From Chrysomallon squamiferum (taxonomy: Eukaryota > Animalia > Mollusca): a DNA stretch of 64,000 bases. Made by a program: the position numbers and the translations under genes. The stretch spans positions 32,612,001 to 32,676,000 of the forward strand of contig CM022671.1 in NCBI GenBank assembly GCA_012295275.1. Reading direction: 5' to 3'. This document shows positions 40,223 to 52,912 of the stretch, piece after piece (position 1 is the first letter of the stretch; each line of letters opens with the position of its first letter). The notes under the pieces were generated by a model that was not told the origin of the DNA, ran no database searches, and worked only from the letters and a program-made list of their open reading frames with translations.

Positions 40223-42958
40223 AGAAAGAATAAGGAGATACAGAGAGTGAGCAAAAGAGAGAAACAGAGAGAGAGGAAGAGAGACAGAGACAGAGCGAAA
40301 GAGAGAGCAAGAGGGAGAGAAAGAGAAAAAGAGACAGAGCAAGACAGAGAGAGAAAGTTGATGTTATGTAAAAGTCTGTGACACAGGTGTAGAGTTTTGT
40401 TACACAGGGAATGTGAGGAATTTCGTGTTGAAGATTTGTGTGTCACATTTTTTTGTTGTCTGGTGTTAGACATCTGCCATTGTAGGCTTCTGTTAACAAC
40501 AAACCTTTGCTTTTTCCACTTTCATTGTATGTTCAGTTTGGATTCTGTTTTTATTTTCATATTATTGTTATTATTATTTATTTTAACATACATCCAGTAT
40601 TTCTGTTATGTTGGTTTTTCTCTTTTCCTTTTTTAATTCATTATTTGTGTTTTTTGTCATTTTTTTTGTTTTTATAAAAAAACATCATAATTTCTTTTGC
40701 TTAACTTAGTTTATCTTGAGGAAAGAGCCAAGTATATTGGAATAGGTACCAAGACAGACTTCACTGAACCATTATGAAAATGAAGCATGTTTCAGAATGA
40801 TTTTTCTGTCTGTATGTTTATACAACAAAACTTAAATGTTAATTTAGTAGTTAATTTAATAGTCAGTACAGACATATATTTCATGTTATATCTGACAGTT
40901 CAGCCAGCACCAGAACATTATGTTAAAAGTAAATTACATTTGAATACAAAACAGATGTTCTAGTCTTGGTTTTTTTGTGGGTTTTTTTTGAAGCTATTTA
41001 TGTGCAGATTCTCAACAGAGTTAAAATATATTGATTACATTTTTCATTGTTTTTTTCATATAGTGTCCATTTTTGTTTCTTTCCTCCCCCCCAAAAAAAA
41101 TAAAAAAATAAAAATAAATTTGTCCCAGGTGACAGAAAATACGGAATTGTTTTTGGATTGGTTGCAGAATTATCACAATTCCGGAAATGGCTGACCTCTG
41201 TTACTTGTTGTGTCATGTTTGTTCCAATTAAGACTGCTTGAGTAAATTGAAAAAGACTGGATATTTCTTCTGTTTCTTTTTCTTTATTTTTAAATGACTG
41301 CTTTTTTTTTGACATTTTGCACATGTTGTGGTGTAGAGACAGATCTTTCTAAATAAAAGTATTTTATTTTTTCTTATTAAACTTTGCAGCGGAAATAAAT
41401 ATGCATGTGTCTAATTTAGTTTTATTTTGGTCACATATTCATTTTTTTTTCTTTTCTTTTTTATTTGAGAAACAGTGTATATCAAAAATACACAAAAATT
41501 TATGTATGTTTTGTAATATTAAGAATCTGAATGCTGACTCAAAACTTCATGTAAAAACATTTAAATAAAAAATAGTAATAATAATTTTTTTTTACAAAAT
41601 GAGCTAATCCATTAAAATCACATCCCAACACAACAACTTTACAAAAATAAAGTGTAACAACTTTTCCAGAAATATATATAACGAAACAAAAATTTCTTTT
41701 AAGAGAAGAAGGTTCAACGTAATAACAAAAGAAAGAAACAAAATAACACGGATATTTATAAAAATTTAATTTTGTAAAATACACTAATATATTAACAAGT
41801 AAAAAAAAAAAAAAAAAAAAAAAAAACGGAAAAATTAAAATAAAATATAAGTAAAATAGAATAATTAAAATATGATTTAAAAATAATAAATTATTTATTA
41901 TTTGTTAATGTTTTGTGTTTCAGGTATTCCCACTCTGGTGATGGCGGATGAGAAGGGAAATGTGATAACTGTCAATGGAAGAGCAGCTCTTCTCTACGAC
42001 AGAGACGGCAGTGTAAGCATTTACATCTTCATCCACGGTTTTCAAATTACTCAGATTACACAGTGTTATGTCTTTATCATTATATTATATATTTACTGGT
42101 ATTACACAATGTCATGTCTTTATAAATATAATATATAATTATTGATATTACAGTGTTATATCTTTATAAATATAATATATATTTACTGATCTTAGACAGT
42201 GTCATATCTTTATAAATATATTTTATAATTATTGGTATTACATAGTGTTATGTCTATAATTATATCAATACTTATACTGTGCAATTATAATTTCATATTT
42301 TTGGAATGTGTTGAGGGAAAAAAGGTCATAAAAAGTTACTGTTTATGTAAAAATAATATTATACAAACACATTTTAACAAAATTAAGTTAACAATTTCAA
42401 ATAAGTTTAAATAATGTTTATAACACAAGTCAATAAATAAATGAATGAATGAATAAATGAATAATTAAGTAACTGAGTAAAGTTAGTATGTAAGTGAATA
42501 AGTAAAGTATATGTAGTAGTTTGATACATTTTTTTCTATAAATAAATAATTTTTGCTTTGATGTGAACTGTAAATATATATATATTTTTAAGTTAAAAAT
42601 TATAAATTGAATTTAAATCAGATTCAGGAACAGTAACTCATTGACTCATCAGTTTCAGTTATCTAGTTATAGAAAAACAAGAGTTATGTCCCTTACTTTT
42701 GTTAATTATTATTAGTTTTATAATACAAATCCTCTTTAACATCATTTCTGTATTTCTTCTTAAATCTGTTACCTTCTCACCCATTGTTTTATTTTTTTTT
42801 TTTTTTAAATTTTGAACTTGTTTGTATTTTTTATTTAAAAAAAAGGAATTTCCTTGGTATCCGAAGCCTGTAAATGAACTGACTCAGAATGCAGCAATGC
42901 AGCTTAACGAGTCTGTTTGTCTCGTTATGTTCACAGGTATGTGAAGTAATTTTCTTAC

Positions 42959-42990
<32 letters not shown>

Positions 42991-45141
42991 TTTATTATTT
43001 TTATTACTATTATTATTACTATTATTATTATGTTTATTATTATTATTATTATTATGTTTATTATTATTATAATTATTATTATTATGTTTATTATTATTAT
43101 TATTAGTTATATTATTATTTTTATTATTATTATTATTATTATTGTGTTTATAGAAAAATAAATAATTCAGAAACACATCTGCCTTCACACACTCATGCAC
43201 ACACATATACACACAACTAAACACACACACACACACACACGAGACACTCAGATGCACAGATACTAAACATGACAAAATGGTGACTGTTTCAGAGGGTGAG
43301 GATGAGGAAATGGAGCGAGCTGTGGAGATTCTGTCAGACGTTGCCACGCGAGAACATCAGAAAGGAGACGAACAAGAACTTTTCTTCTTCTACGGGGGAG
43401 ATGTGCGTATTGTCACAGTATTTTAAAATATAAAAACTTTTTTTTGTGAAAAACATGAAATAATTCAAATTGAAAATGTCAGGAGATGTTTGTATTTTTA
43501 TCTAAAAAAGATAACTGTTTTCTTATATTAAGGAAAGAAAACTGTCAGATAAAGTGTGTATCAGATATAAAGTATTAAACTAGCTGTGGTTGTGTTAATG
43601 TTTTTCTGAAGTCATCTACTGAAATGTGAATTTGAAATTTGCTTTATTGTATGATGATGATTAATTTGTTTAAAATTTTTGTATTTGTTGTTATTTTCCT
43701 TTTTTTGTGCACAATGCCAGGTACTTCCTTAAAATTTGCTCTTACTGTACCATAGAGAAATGTACCTATGTTAATAGTTTCATCAGTTACTCAATAAATC
43801 ATCCTTCTTCTCCTTGATATCATCATCCTCCTTCTTGTTATTATCCTCCTCCTTGTTATCAATCTCCTTCTCCTCGTTATCAATCTCCTTCTTGTTATCA
43901 TCTCCTTCTCCTTGTTATCAATCTCCTCCTTGTTATCAATCGCCTTCTTATCAATCTCCTTCTCCTTGTTATCAATCTCCTTCTTGTTATCATCTCCTTC
44001 TCCTTGTTATCAATCTCCTTCTTGTTATCATCTCCTTCTCCTTGTTATCAATCTCCTTCTTGTTATCATCTCCTTCTCCTTGTTATCAATCTCCTTCTCC
44101 TTGTTATCAATCTTCTCCTTGTTATCATCTCCTTCTCCTTGTTATCATCCTCCTCCTTGTTATCAATCTCCTTCTTATCAATCTCCTTCTCCTTGTTATC
44201 ATCCTCCTCCTTGTTATCAATCTCCTTCTCCTTGTTATCAATCTTCTCCTTGTTATCATCTCCTTCTCCTTGTTATCATCCTCCTCCTTGTTATCAATCG
44301 CCTTCTTATCAATCTCCTTCTCCTTGTTATCATCCTCCTCCTTGTTATCAATCTCCTTCTCCTTGTTATCATCTCCTCCTCCTTGTTATCATCCTCCTCC
44401 TTGTTATCAATCTCCTCCTTGTTATCATCTCCTTCTCCTTGTTATCAATCTCCTTCTCCTTGTTATCAATCGCCTTCTCCTTGTTATCAATCGCCTTCTC
44501 CTTGTTATCAATCTCCTTGTCCTTGTTATCATCCTCCTTCTCCTTGTTATCATCCTCCTTCTCCTTGTTATCATCCTCCTTCTCCTTGTTATCATCCTCC
44601 TTCTCCTTGTTATCCTCCTCCTCCTTGTTATCATCCTCCTTTTCCTTATTATCATCTCCTTCTCCTTGTTATCCTCCTCCTCCTTGTTATCATCTCCTCC
44701 TTGTTATCATCTCCTTCTCCTTGTTATCATCCTCCTTCTCCTTGTTATCATCTCCTTCTCCTTGTTATCATCTCCTTCTCTTTGTTATCATCTCCTTCTC
44801 CTTGTTATCATCCTCCTTCTCCTTGTTATCATCTCCTTCTCCATCCTCCTCCTCCTTGTTATCATCTCCTTCTCCTTGTTATCATCCTCCTTCTCCCGGT
44901 TTATCTTTTAACAGACGTTATTTCATCACTTTCATTTCAGGATGAGCTCTGTGATCAGGTTCGCGACTTCGCTAAACTGGAAGAGATCAGTCCACTGCTG
45001 GTCATTCTTGACCTGCCCGAACAGCAAGTGTTTGTCTGCGAGGAAACCGACATAACAAAAGATGTTGCGACAAATTTCGTGGATAACTATTTAGCTGGAA
45101 AACTGACACCGAGATCTTTACGACCAAACAAGACCACATAG
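20404..45141 (+). CDS. NXN: Nucleoredoxin (two tryparedoxin-like thioredoxin domains with WCPPC plus a C-terminal thioredoxin-fold domain lacking CxxC), 7 coding exons, about 417 aa
   Basis: Exons 20404-20709, 30602-30853, 35690-35894, 41924-42012, 42846-42936, 43293-43402, 44941-45141 (1254 nt, phases consistent). Motifs GIYFSANWCPPC, FEIVFVS, MPWLAVPY, GIPKFVLLD, FPW, GLYFSAHW|CPPC, MPWLALPF, GIPTLV, EFPWYPKPV. Confidence 0.92.
23782..23801. promoter_or_regulatory. Composite nuclear-receptor element (ER1 + perfect DR1) in NXN intron 1
   Basis: TGACCC-T-GGGTCA-A-AGGTCA. Confidence 0.45.
30602..30853 (+). CDS. NXN: NXN exon 2
   Basis: ttgcag|DKLTKKFRVQGIPK...GLYFSAHW|gtaaga. Confidence 0.95.
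32382..32399 (+). promoter_or_regulatory. CTCF-like site in NXN intron 2
   Basis: TGCCTGTAGGGGGCGCTG is close to the core CCASYAGRKGGCRS, in an otherwise AT-rich, CpG-poor intron. Confidence 0.45.
35690..35894 (+). CDS. NXN: NXN exon 3 (second CPPC; ends at GC donor)
   Basis: poly-T tag|CPPCRHFTPEL...MPWLALPFDDARARPLTRQFGID G|gcaagt. Confidence 0.92.
37915..38110. repeat. Diverged tandem duplication, period about 116 bp
   Basis: TCATTTAAAA.AATTAATTTT(T)ACCT.TGCA..TGCA.CAG.TTTTCAT.AG..GTTAATTTTT at 37915 and 38031. Confidence 0.7.
41924..42012 (+). CDS. NXN: NXN exon 4
   Basis: tttcag|GIPTLVMADEKGNVITVNGRAALLYDRDGS|gtaagc. Confidence 0.93.
42055..42263. repeat. 44-46-bp minisatellite with alternating A/B units in NXN intron 4
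   Basis: ATTACACAGTGTTATGTCTTTATAAATATAATATAT(ATTTACTG/AATTATTG) about 4.5 copies. Confidence 0.85.
42846..42936 (+). CDS. NXN: NXN exon 5
   Basis: EFPWYPKPVNELTQNAAMQLNESVCLVMFT|gtatgt; acceptor preceded by an A-run. Confidence 0.88.
43293..43402 (+). CDS. NXN: NXN exon 6
   Basis: tttcag|EGEDEEMERAVEILSDVATREHQKGDEQELFFFYGGD|gtgcgt. Confidence 0.88.
43813..44899. repeat. Pyrimidine-rich minisatellite (about 17-21-bp units, core CCTTGTTATCAATCTCCTTCT / CCTTGTTATCATCCTCCTTCT, roughly 55 units) in NXN intron 6
   Basis: Directly visible; explains the three long low-complexity plus-strand ORFs. Confidence 0.97.
44941..45141 (+). CDS. NXN: NXN exon 7 (last coding)
   Basis: tttcag|DELCDQVRDFAKLEEISPLLVILDLPEQQVF...FVDNYLAGKL...-TAG; AATAAA at 45181. 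Confidence 0.92.
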   Translation, partial: DELCDQVRDFAKLEEISPLLVILDLPEQQVFVCEETDITKDVATNFVDNYLAGKLTPRSLRPNKTT

Positions 45142-46598
45142 TAATGTTTATGTATTGAAGTAGTTTGTACTGTAAATAGTAATAAAACATAGGCAGTGGA
45201 CATGTATAATTATATATATTACATATATCATTCTAAATGATTAAGTTGTTTCGATTATGAAGATTTTTTTGTGTAAAAGATAATTGCTTTTACATCTCAT
45301 ATTTGTATATTAGAAGATATTGCAAGCAAATTGGATTTGATTGTGCAAATGTTTTTTTTAAGGCTACATATTTTTATATAAGCAGAAATGAAAAATGTTT
45401 GTGTCAATTTCAAGACACTGTCCAGCAGAAAGAAAGTTTAATGTGTAAGGTATTAAAAATATTTGTAACTTTTTAAATGTTTCATTAAGATGATCGTGTT
45501 TTTCATTCTTTCTGATGTTTCTTTTTAATGTTGCATATCAAAGTTTTGAAGTATTTTATATTTATAAATTAAAAAAAAAAATAATAATGTATTTTAGAAA
45601 AAAAAAATATTATGATGAATTGTTCATAATTATAGTATTTATTTGAACATCTTCATTTTAGAAATTTAGCTGTTGTTTACTTACTTGCATTTGATGATTT
45701 CAGAACACACACACATAAATGTGTTTTAATTGTAAACTGTCTCCTTGGTTACCATTGATATTTTTGATAAAAGAGACAACATATCAAGATTATTTTGTAA
45801 AAGCATATAACTAAAGAAAATATTTATTATATATTAGTCATCTTGTCCAGATCATGTCAATCAAGCATCCACATTCATGAAGTCAAAATATTTTCTTAAC
45901 TCAAGTTTCTATTTTCACTAAGCAAACATTCACTTTAAACAATCGAATGTTCTGTAAAGAGATATCCTATATTCAGCTTAAATAGACAAACATCTATACT
46001 GAATAATTAATATAAACTAAATATGTCAGATGTTCACTTTAAATAGGTTAAAGTTCTCTGTAAAAAACAGTCAGATATTCAATTTAAATGGACACATTAA
46101 TTAGGTTGATGTAAACACATGTCAGGTGTCTGAAGTAGTATATCAAATGTCGAGTTTATTATTAAGTATTCACTGTGAAAAATCAAATAAGCAGCTTAAA
46201 GCATCAAATGTCCACATTAAACAGGCAGAGATTACTGTCAGCCAGAATTAATATTTAATGTCAAGTCAAATAACTGATGTCTGTTTAAAATATAGGTACT
46301 TAAACAAATGAAAAGGTCACTAATATATTTCAGGTAGATTGCAACATATTTTTTACTTTGTTGTATTTTTTTTTTTTTTATATTTATGAAGTTAAGAATA
46401 TCGTTAATGCAAGCCTGTATATTTTTATATGTCACGTTTATGAGCTGTGTTATAAACTTGGTAAACTGTATGTTTGCTTTATGTCTGATTCCAGTCAAAG
46501 CTAACACAAACTTGGAATTCTGTTTGGTACGATTATATGATTTTTTGAAAAGAATCTCCTTAAATTTTTCATGTATATTTCAAATTACATTTTTTTTT

Positions 46599-46635
<37 letters not shown>

Positions 46636-49600
46636 TTTTCATAAAACATAAATTAAAAAATACGAAGAAAAAAAATATTAAAAAAATTAAATAATCTATG
46701 GAAAAGGTGAAATGTTGGCTAGTTGTTAAACAACTGAAATCATCAAAATAGGAAAGCTGTTGTCAGCAGTTTTTGAAAATAGGCTTTGAATTTTATAGGA
46801 AATTATCAAACAAAGGTCACAGCAGTATACTAAGTGGAATTACTTGTTGTGTCACAGCACAGTATAAATGTTTATGTAACAGTCTGTATGTTTTATTTTT
46901 CTCTCAACATTGCAGATAATTTCTTATCATTTTTCATGTATTCACATGTAGAAATTAGTAATATGAACTATTAGAATACTTAATATTGAACAAGATGCAT
47001 TTTTATTTATACAAATGTAGTTGTTTTTGTATGTTAGAGATTGTATATTTAATTTTCTCTCCATATTTCAGGTATTTTCTTGCCACTTTTACTGTATTCA
47101 TATTGCCATAATTTTATTATGCAAAACGTTCATTGGTATATGATATTTTTTTTTAATAAATTGCTAATATTATTTTATGACATGATTACAAATGTAGCTA
47201 AACTGATTTTATCGTCTTTTACAGGACTATTATAATAAATTATAAAACAATGTTTGCATCATTTTTAAATTATCGATTAAAACAAAATAAAAATAAAAAA
47301 AAAAAAATTTGCATATAGATCTACAAACATTATATATATATATATATATATATACTGTATTTTTTATATTTTATTTTTAACATATATTTATTACAATTAT
47401 TTTTTAAACTGAATGCTAGCAGTTTGAACAATTGAAAGATTGATTACGTGTACAAAATTCCTGGTTATAAGACATAGAATTCCATCCATTTCTGTTTTAT
47501 CTGAACTAAAGAAATATGTCATTTATCAGCTGTTTTGATTTTGTTACGTGCACTGTATAGTCAGATACACTATTAGGAGACGATGTACTAATCTTAATCC
47601 TTGTCTGTTAGACATAGATGTTAGAAAATACAGAGACTGAGAGACGCGATCCCAGAATTTGCCAATCTTAAATTTACTGGGTTAACCACAGTGAACAGAA
47701 TGCGGTAACTTATATTTTTGAATATGTTCATTTGTAAAAGCTAGTTTATATTACTCATTTTGATTCCCTTTTTGGGACAATTTTTAGAAACATTTTTTAA
47801 TAAGTTTATTTTACTTGTTCGGTAAGACTGTTTTTGTTTTAAAATTCCCTCCATATTTTCTATGCACCAGTTTCATGAAAAGCAATGCGTAATTAAAGCA
47901 ACAATAACAAAACAAAAAAGTCAGTGATATCTTAATAATGTATATAACAACAGAATTAATGCAATATATTTTATTTTTAATGAAATGATAGATTAATAGT
48001 TATATTTTGAAATTCAGTTTTGGATCGCAACTGGGATCCAAAATGTTTTATTGGCAAAATAGGTTTTCTTTGTTATGGGGGTATTTCAGAGGAAAACAAT
48101 TTTGATTCAAACAGAACAGCTTACAAATTCTAACATTTGTCTTTATTTTTCTTTCCCTAAAAGTATTTAAAAAGGATTGCTTATCGATCAAAAAAATAAT
48201 TTTCGAGCCACACTAAGTTTTGTAAAAGAAATACAATTACAGTTATAAAGAAATATGTTTTACTTCTGTTTGATTTCTTGGTACGTTTTGTTTTCCTTTG
48301 GTCTCACAGTGTAACGTTTTCAAACGGGTAAGAAATTAATAATATGAACTGTTAATTATTTAATACAGTTGGATAAACGTGTATTTTTATTTATACATAT
48401 TCAGATGTTTTTTTCTCACCTTTTACAGGCACAAAAACAACAACGAAATTGTCATCAAAAATCGTTTTTTAAAAAGGACGATGTTATTTGGTTATTTAAA
48501 TCATTGGTTTTTATAATTTCCTATTTTCAATTTTCAGTTTTAATTTTTTGGCGAATAAGCTGATTAACCTATTTTAAATTAATTTTTAAATTAAAATCAG
48601 GAAAAAAAAAAATATAAATAAATAAAATATAAATGTATTTGTGTATGCCTTACTAAACAAAGTCAGTAATTTTTATATAAATATAAAATTTGACAATTTT
48701 TTAAAAGACTGTCAGACGCCTATATAATAAAATGAAACAAAATTGCTGTCATTTTTTTTTTTTTTTTTTTTTTTTAACACTAAACAAAACATCGTCTGCG
48801 AATACAAAATGCATTTAAAGCCGTTTTTAAACTGAATATGATACATTTTAAATCGGTATTTACCGCTTTAACGCTTTAATGTTTTATAGCTTTCATCACA
48901 GTCAATTATTTAAACAAATATTTTTGTGGATTTTTCAAATTTTAAACTCAGCATATCAGTGCTGAAAATCGTAGACATATGTATTTTGAGACCAAAGTCA
49001 ACGAATGCATATTAAAATGTGTTAACGACTGTCCATCGGTTCATTCGTGTAAATATGAATGTGTTGTTATTTTAGTGATAGCTGTATGTGTTGTCCACTC
49101 TTACGAAGAGCAGCTTTCAGACGAAGTTTGTTGATATTTGTTTATGTAGTATGTAATACTATAATCATGTATACCAATATATGCAATAAAATGATGTACT
49201 CATTAGATCATCTTGTTTTCCTTATTATTTCACCTTTTAATCATTTATTTCATTTTTTCTTTTTTTCATCCAACCATTTTCTTAAAATTTTATTTTATTC
49301 TGTTTTTCTTTTTTTTACGGTTATATTAAAATTGCAATTATGTTGATCTGAGTCATCATCACTGTGTTGTTATAACTTTAAAGCAGAACTTTTGTTTATT
49401 CTTTTTTAGTTTTTTTCTCAGAAAACAGAACGTCACTATTCTTTATTAGCAGTTTATTTCTAAATATTTTAATACAGAAGAAACAGAAAAAGAATCAGTA
49501 AATACATGCTGTGTTATAATGTCACTTCAACCAAACTAAAATATATAATAAATATCTTTATTATTGATAACACGGATAATTAATTTATATAATGAAAGAA

Positions 49601-49804
49601 CTGGGTAACATAATACTGTATATGCATATGCAAATATCACGGTCATATTTCGCAAACATTTATTTAAAAGCAAATATAACAAATAAATTAATAATAATAA
49701 TAATAATAATCAAACAAATCAATATATATTACTGCTTACATTAAATAAAGAAATAAAATGAAAGCTGCAGTGGAAGGCAAATATTTCTGTTGTAATCTTC
49801 ACGC

Positions 49805-50596
49805 TTAACACCAGAACACCTTAACAGTTCCCATAACTCTTCTTCCGCATTTGGCGCAAGTCGTGAATTTCTCCACACACTGGTCACAAAGCTCAATGTG
49901 AGAACAAGGCAGAACCAAAATGTTAGACTCGGATTTGTAGCACGATTTGCAAAGCCGTTTTCTTTTCAGCATTTCATTTTCTTCCTTCAGTTGTCGAAGC
50001 TGTTCCTTCTTCGACCAATGATTTACCGCGCTGCAAGTGGCTCCTTCATTTGCATATTTTTGCCAAACCTCTGAGTTATCGTTCTTGTTAAAATCGGCGT
50101 ATTTATCGTTTATTTTCGTCAGTACCGATGATGGCGTGTTGCTGTCGATTTGAAGGTTGCGGCAATATATTATTATGTCTTTCACCTCGCTTGCGAAAGC
50201 TCCTTCCATCGTTCCTTGAAATGCATAATTAATTGTTTTACTAGTTGGAAATTCGTATTCGTCGACCTCCAAGTTTTCTCGACCTTTATCACTGCTGGAC
50301 TCTTCGCCATCTGGCTCTACTGTGTTAGACTGAAAAGTACCGCGATTTTCATATGAAGTCATAGACTTAACGAAGCTGCATGCTGGTGATACCGTTTTAT
50401 GCGACGTTAGAGGATCCTGGCCAGGTTGCCAATTTCTCAGAGTTTTGTGGCAGGAAAAGCAGCTGACTCGATCTGCAGAACCGATGTAGAAAAATCCAGC
50501 TGCTGCAAGAATCTCGGGTGTTTGAGCAATGTAGTTGCGTGGCCACCCCTGGTAGGATTGTAATCGCTCTGAATATGTTTGATATCTTTTGCTCAT
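49805..50596 (-). CDS. Baculoviral IAP repeat-containing protein (single BIR + C-terminal RING, BIRC7-like architecture), intronless CDS, 263 aa
   Basis: BIR: RLQSYQGWP...LAAAGFFYIG.ADRVSCFSC...NWQPGQDP...H....P.C. C3HC4 RING: CKSC...LPCSH..LCDQC...CAKC, preceded by the QLKEENEMLK helix typical of IAPs. Splice acceptor (ttgtttttcag, AG at 50617-50616) 19 nt upstream of the ATG. Confidence 0.93.
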   Translation of the reverse strand: MSKRYQTYSERLQSYQGWPRNYIAQTPEILAAAGFFYIGSADRVSCFSCHKTLRNWQPGQDPLTSHKTVSPACSFVKSMTSYENRGTFQSNTVEPDGEESSSDKGRENLEVDEYEFPTSKTINYAFQGTMEGAFASEVKDIIIYCRNLQIDSNTPSSVLTKINDKYADFNKNDNSEVWQKYANEGATCSAVNHWSKKEQLRQLKEENEMLKRKRLCKSCYKSESNILVLPCSHIELCDQCVEKFTTCAKCGRRVMGTVKVFWC

Positions 50597-50654
50597 TGGA
50601 GGATGTCATCAAGAACTGAAAAACAAACAAACAAAAACAAACAATTATAATAAT

Positions 50655-51440
<786 letters not shown>

Positions 51441-52878
51441 TGTATCTATGGAGATGTATAAAAAGTTCTTAAAGGCACTTTTTCAAAATCACCTTTCTGT
51501 TTAGATTGAAATAGAACTGGCTTATGGAAAACGTTTGAAATTAAACCGCAGCAGAGCATGCAAAAGCTCTTATTGAAGACTGATTCACTGACGTTTAACG
51601 ACTCAGCTTTAGATAATTTTGGGAATCCAAAGTGGTCGAATTAAGGCAAAGTATTCTGCGGCATAGCTTGACTAAATTTTCATAGCATTTCGCCAAACGT
51701 ATTTCGTGACAGACGTCTCTAACTACAGCTTCTTCGGTGTTTGTCCTGATTTGACAGGCTGTAATTTTTATAAAAGAGTCTTGGCATTTGATAATCAGGA
51801 TGTTTTACATAATTACAAGTTATACCAGTTTATATTTATTCTTATAATCGTTTTCACTGACAGTCTTTTCGCTTTAGGTTCGTAGGTATTAGTGCAAACC
51901 ATATATTAGATAAGCATTCTTATACATACATAGATACATACATAGACACACACATACACACAAGCACACACACACACATACATATATACATACATAATAT
52001 ATACATAAATACAAAGATACATCCATACATACATAAATACATAGAACAGATACACACACACACACACACACATATACATATATAAGCGCTAACAAACATA
52101 CCTACGTACATAAGTGGGTTTTACACTTGCGTGTAAGCATACAAATATTTACAAAGAATATTCATTATCTGCTGCCAGAAGGTTTCTTTTTAATTATTAT
52201 TATTGCTTTTTGTGGAATAGTTTGTCAAATACATTACACGTTAACGAGGAGCGGATGAGCTGGAACAGATTCGTCGAAGCGTGAAGTCGAGTTCGTTTAT
52301 CCATGCACCGACTTCATTAAAGCAGCATCTACCAGTTTTTTCAGCTGTAGCAGCGTTTGAAAAACGTGCAGAACTAATCTGAACTTTATTTACAGCCAAG
52401 CGTTAGTTTATGGCCTGTGTGAATCAATATTTAGCGTATATCTTTTTACAACAAGGTGATGGATGTATAATAATAATAATAAGCATAGGGAGAAAAGTTC
52501 ACGGAATTACAGAGCCATAGCTTTTGAAAAATGTCATGAAGAAGAAAATACAGGCATCAGCTTATTTTTAGTTAAAATGTCTGGAACCTTCTTTCTGTTT
52601 CCCCTCTGTTTGGGAGTCTACCTGCTACCTCTTTTTATATCTAACAGCCTGTCTGCGTACCTACCTACCTACCTCCGTCTAAATGTACATCTCCATTTTC
52701 TTAGTTTGGTCAAAAAGCTAATTAAACTGAAGTAGAGTTTACGTGAAGTATGTAATAATGACATCAACGAGTTCAGTTTTAGACAGCCCCACGATTATTC
52801 TTTTACAGTAAAATCCATTTTGTCTTGAAAGTTGTATCTCCTTCAGTTATGTCGCCATTTTATTACTATTATTATTAA

Positions 52879-52912
<34 letters not shown>

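Noticed and set aside
44913-44914. Alternative AG 26 nt upstream of the NXN exon 7 acceptor
   Set aside because: Immediately follows the likely branch point (TTTTAAC) and would shift the frame
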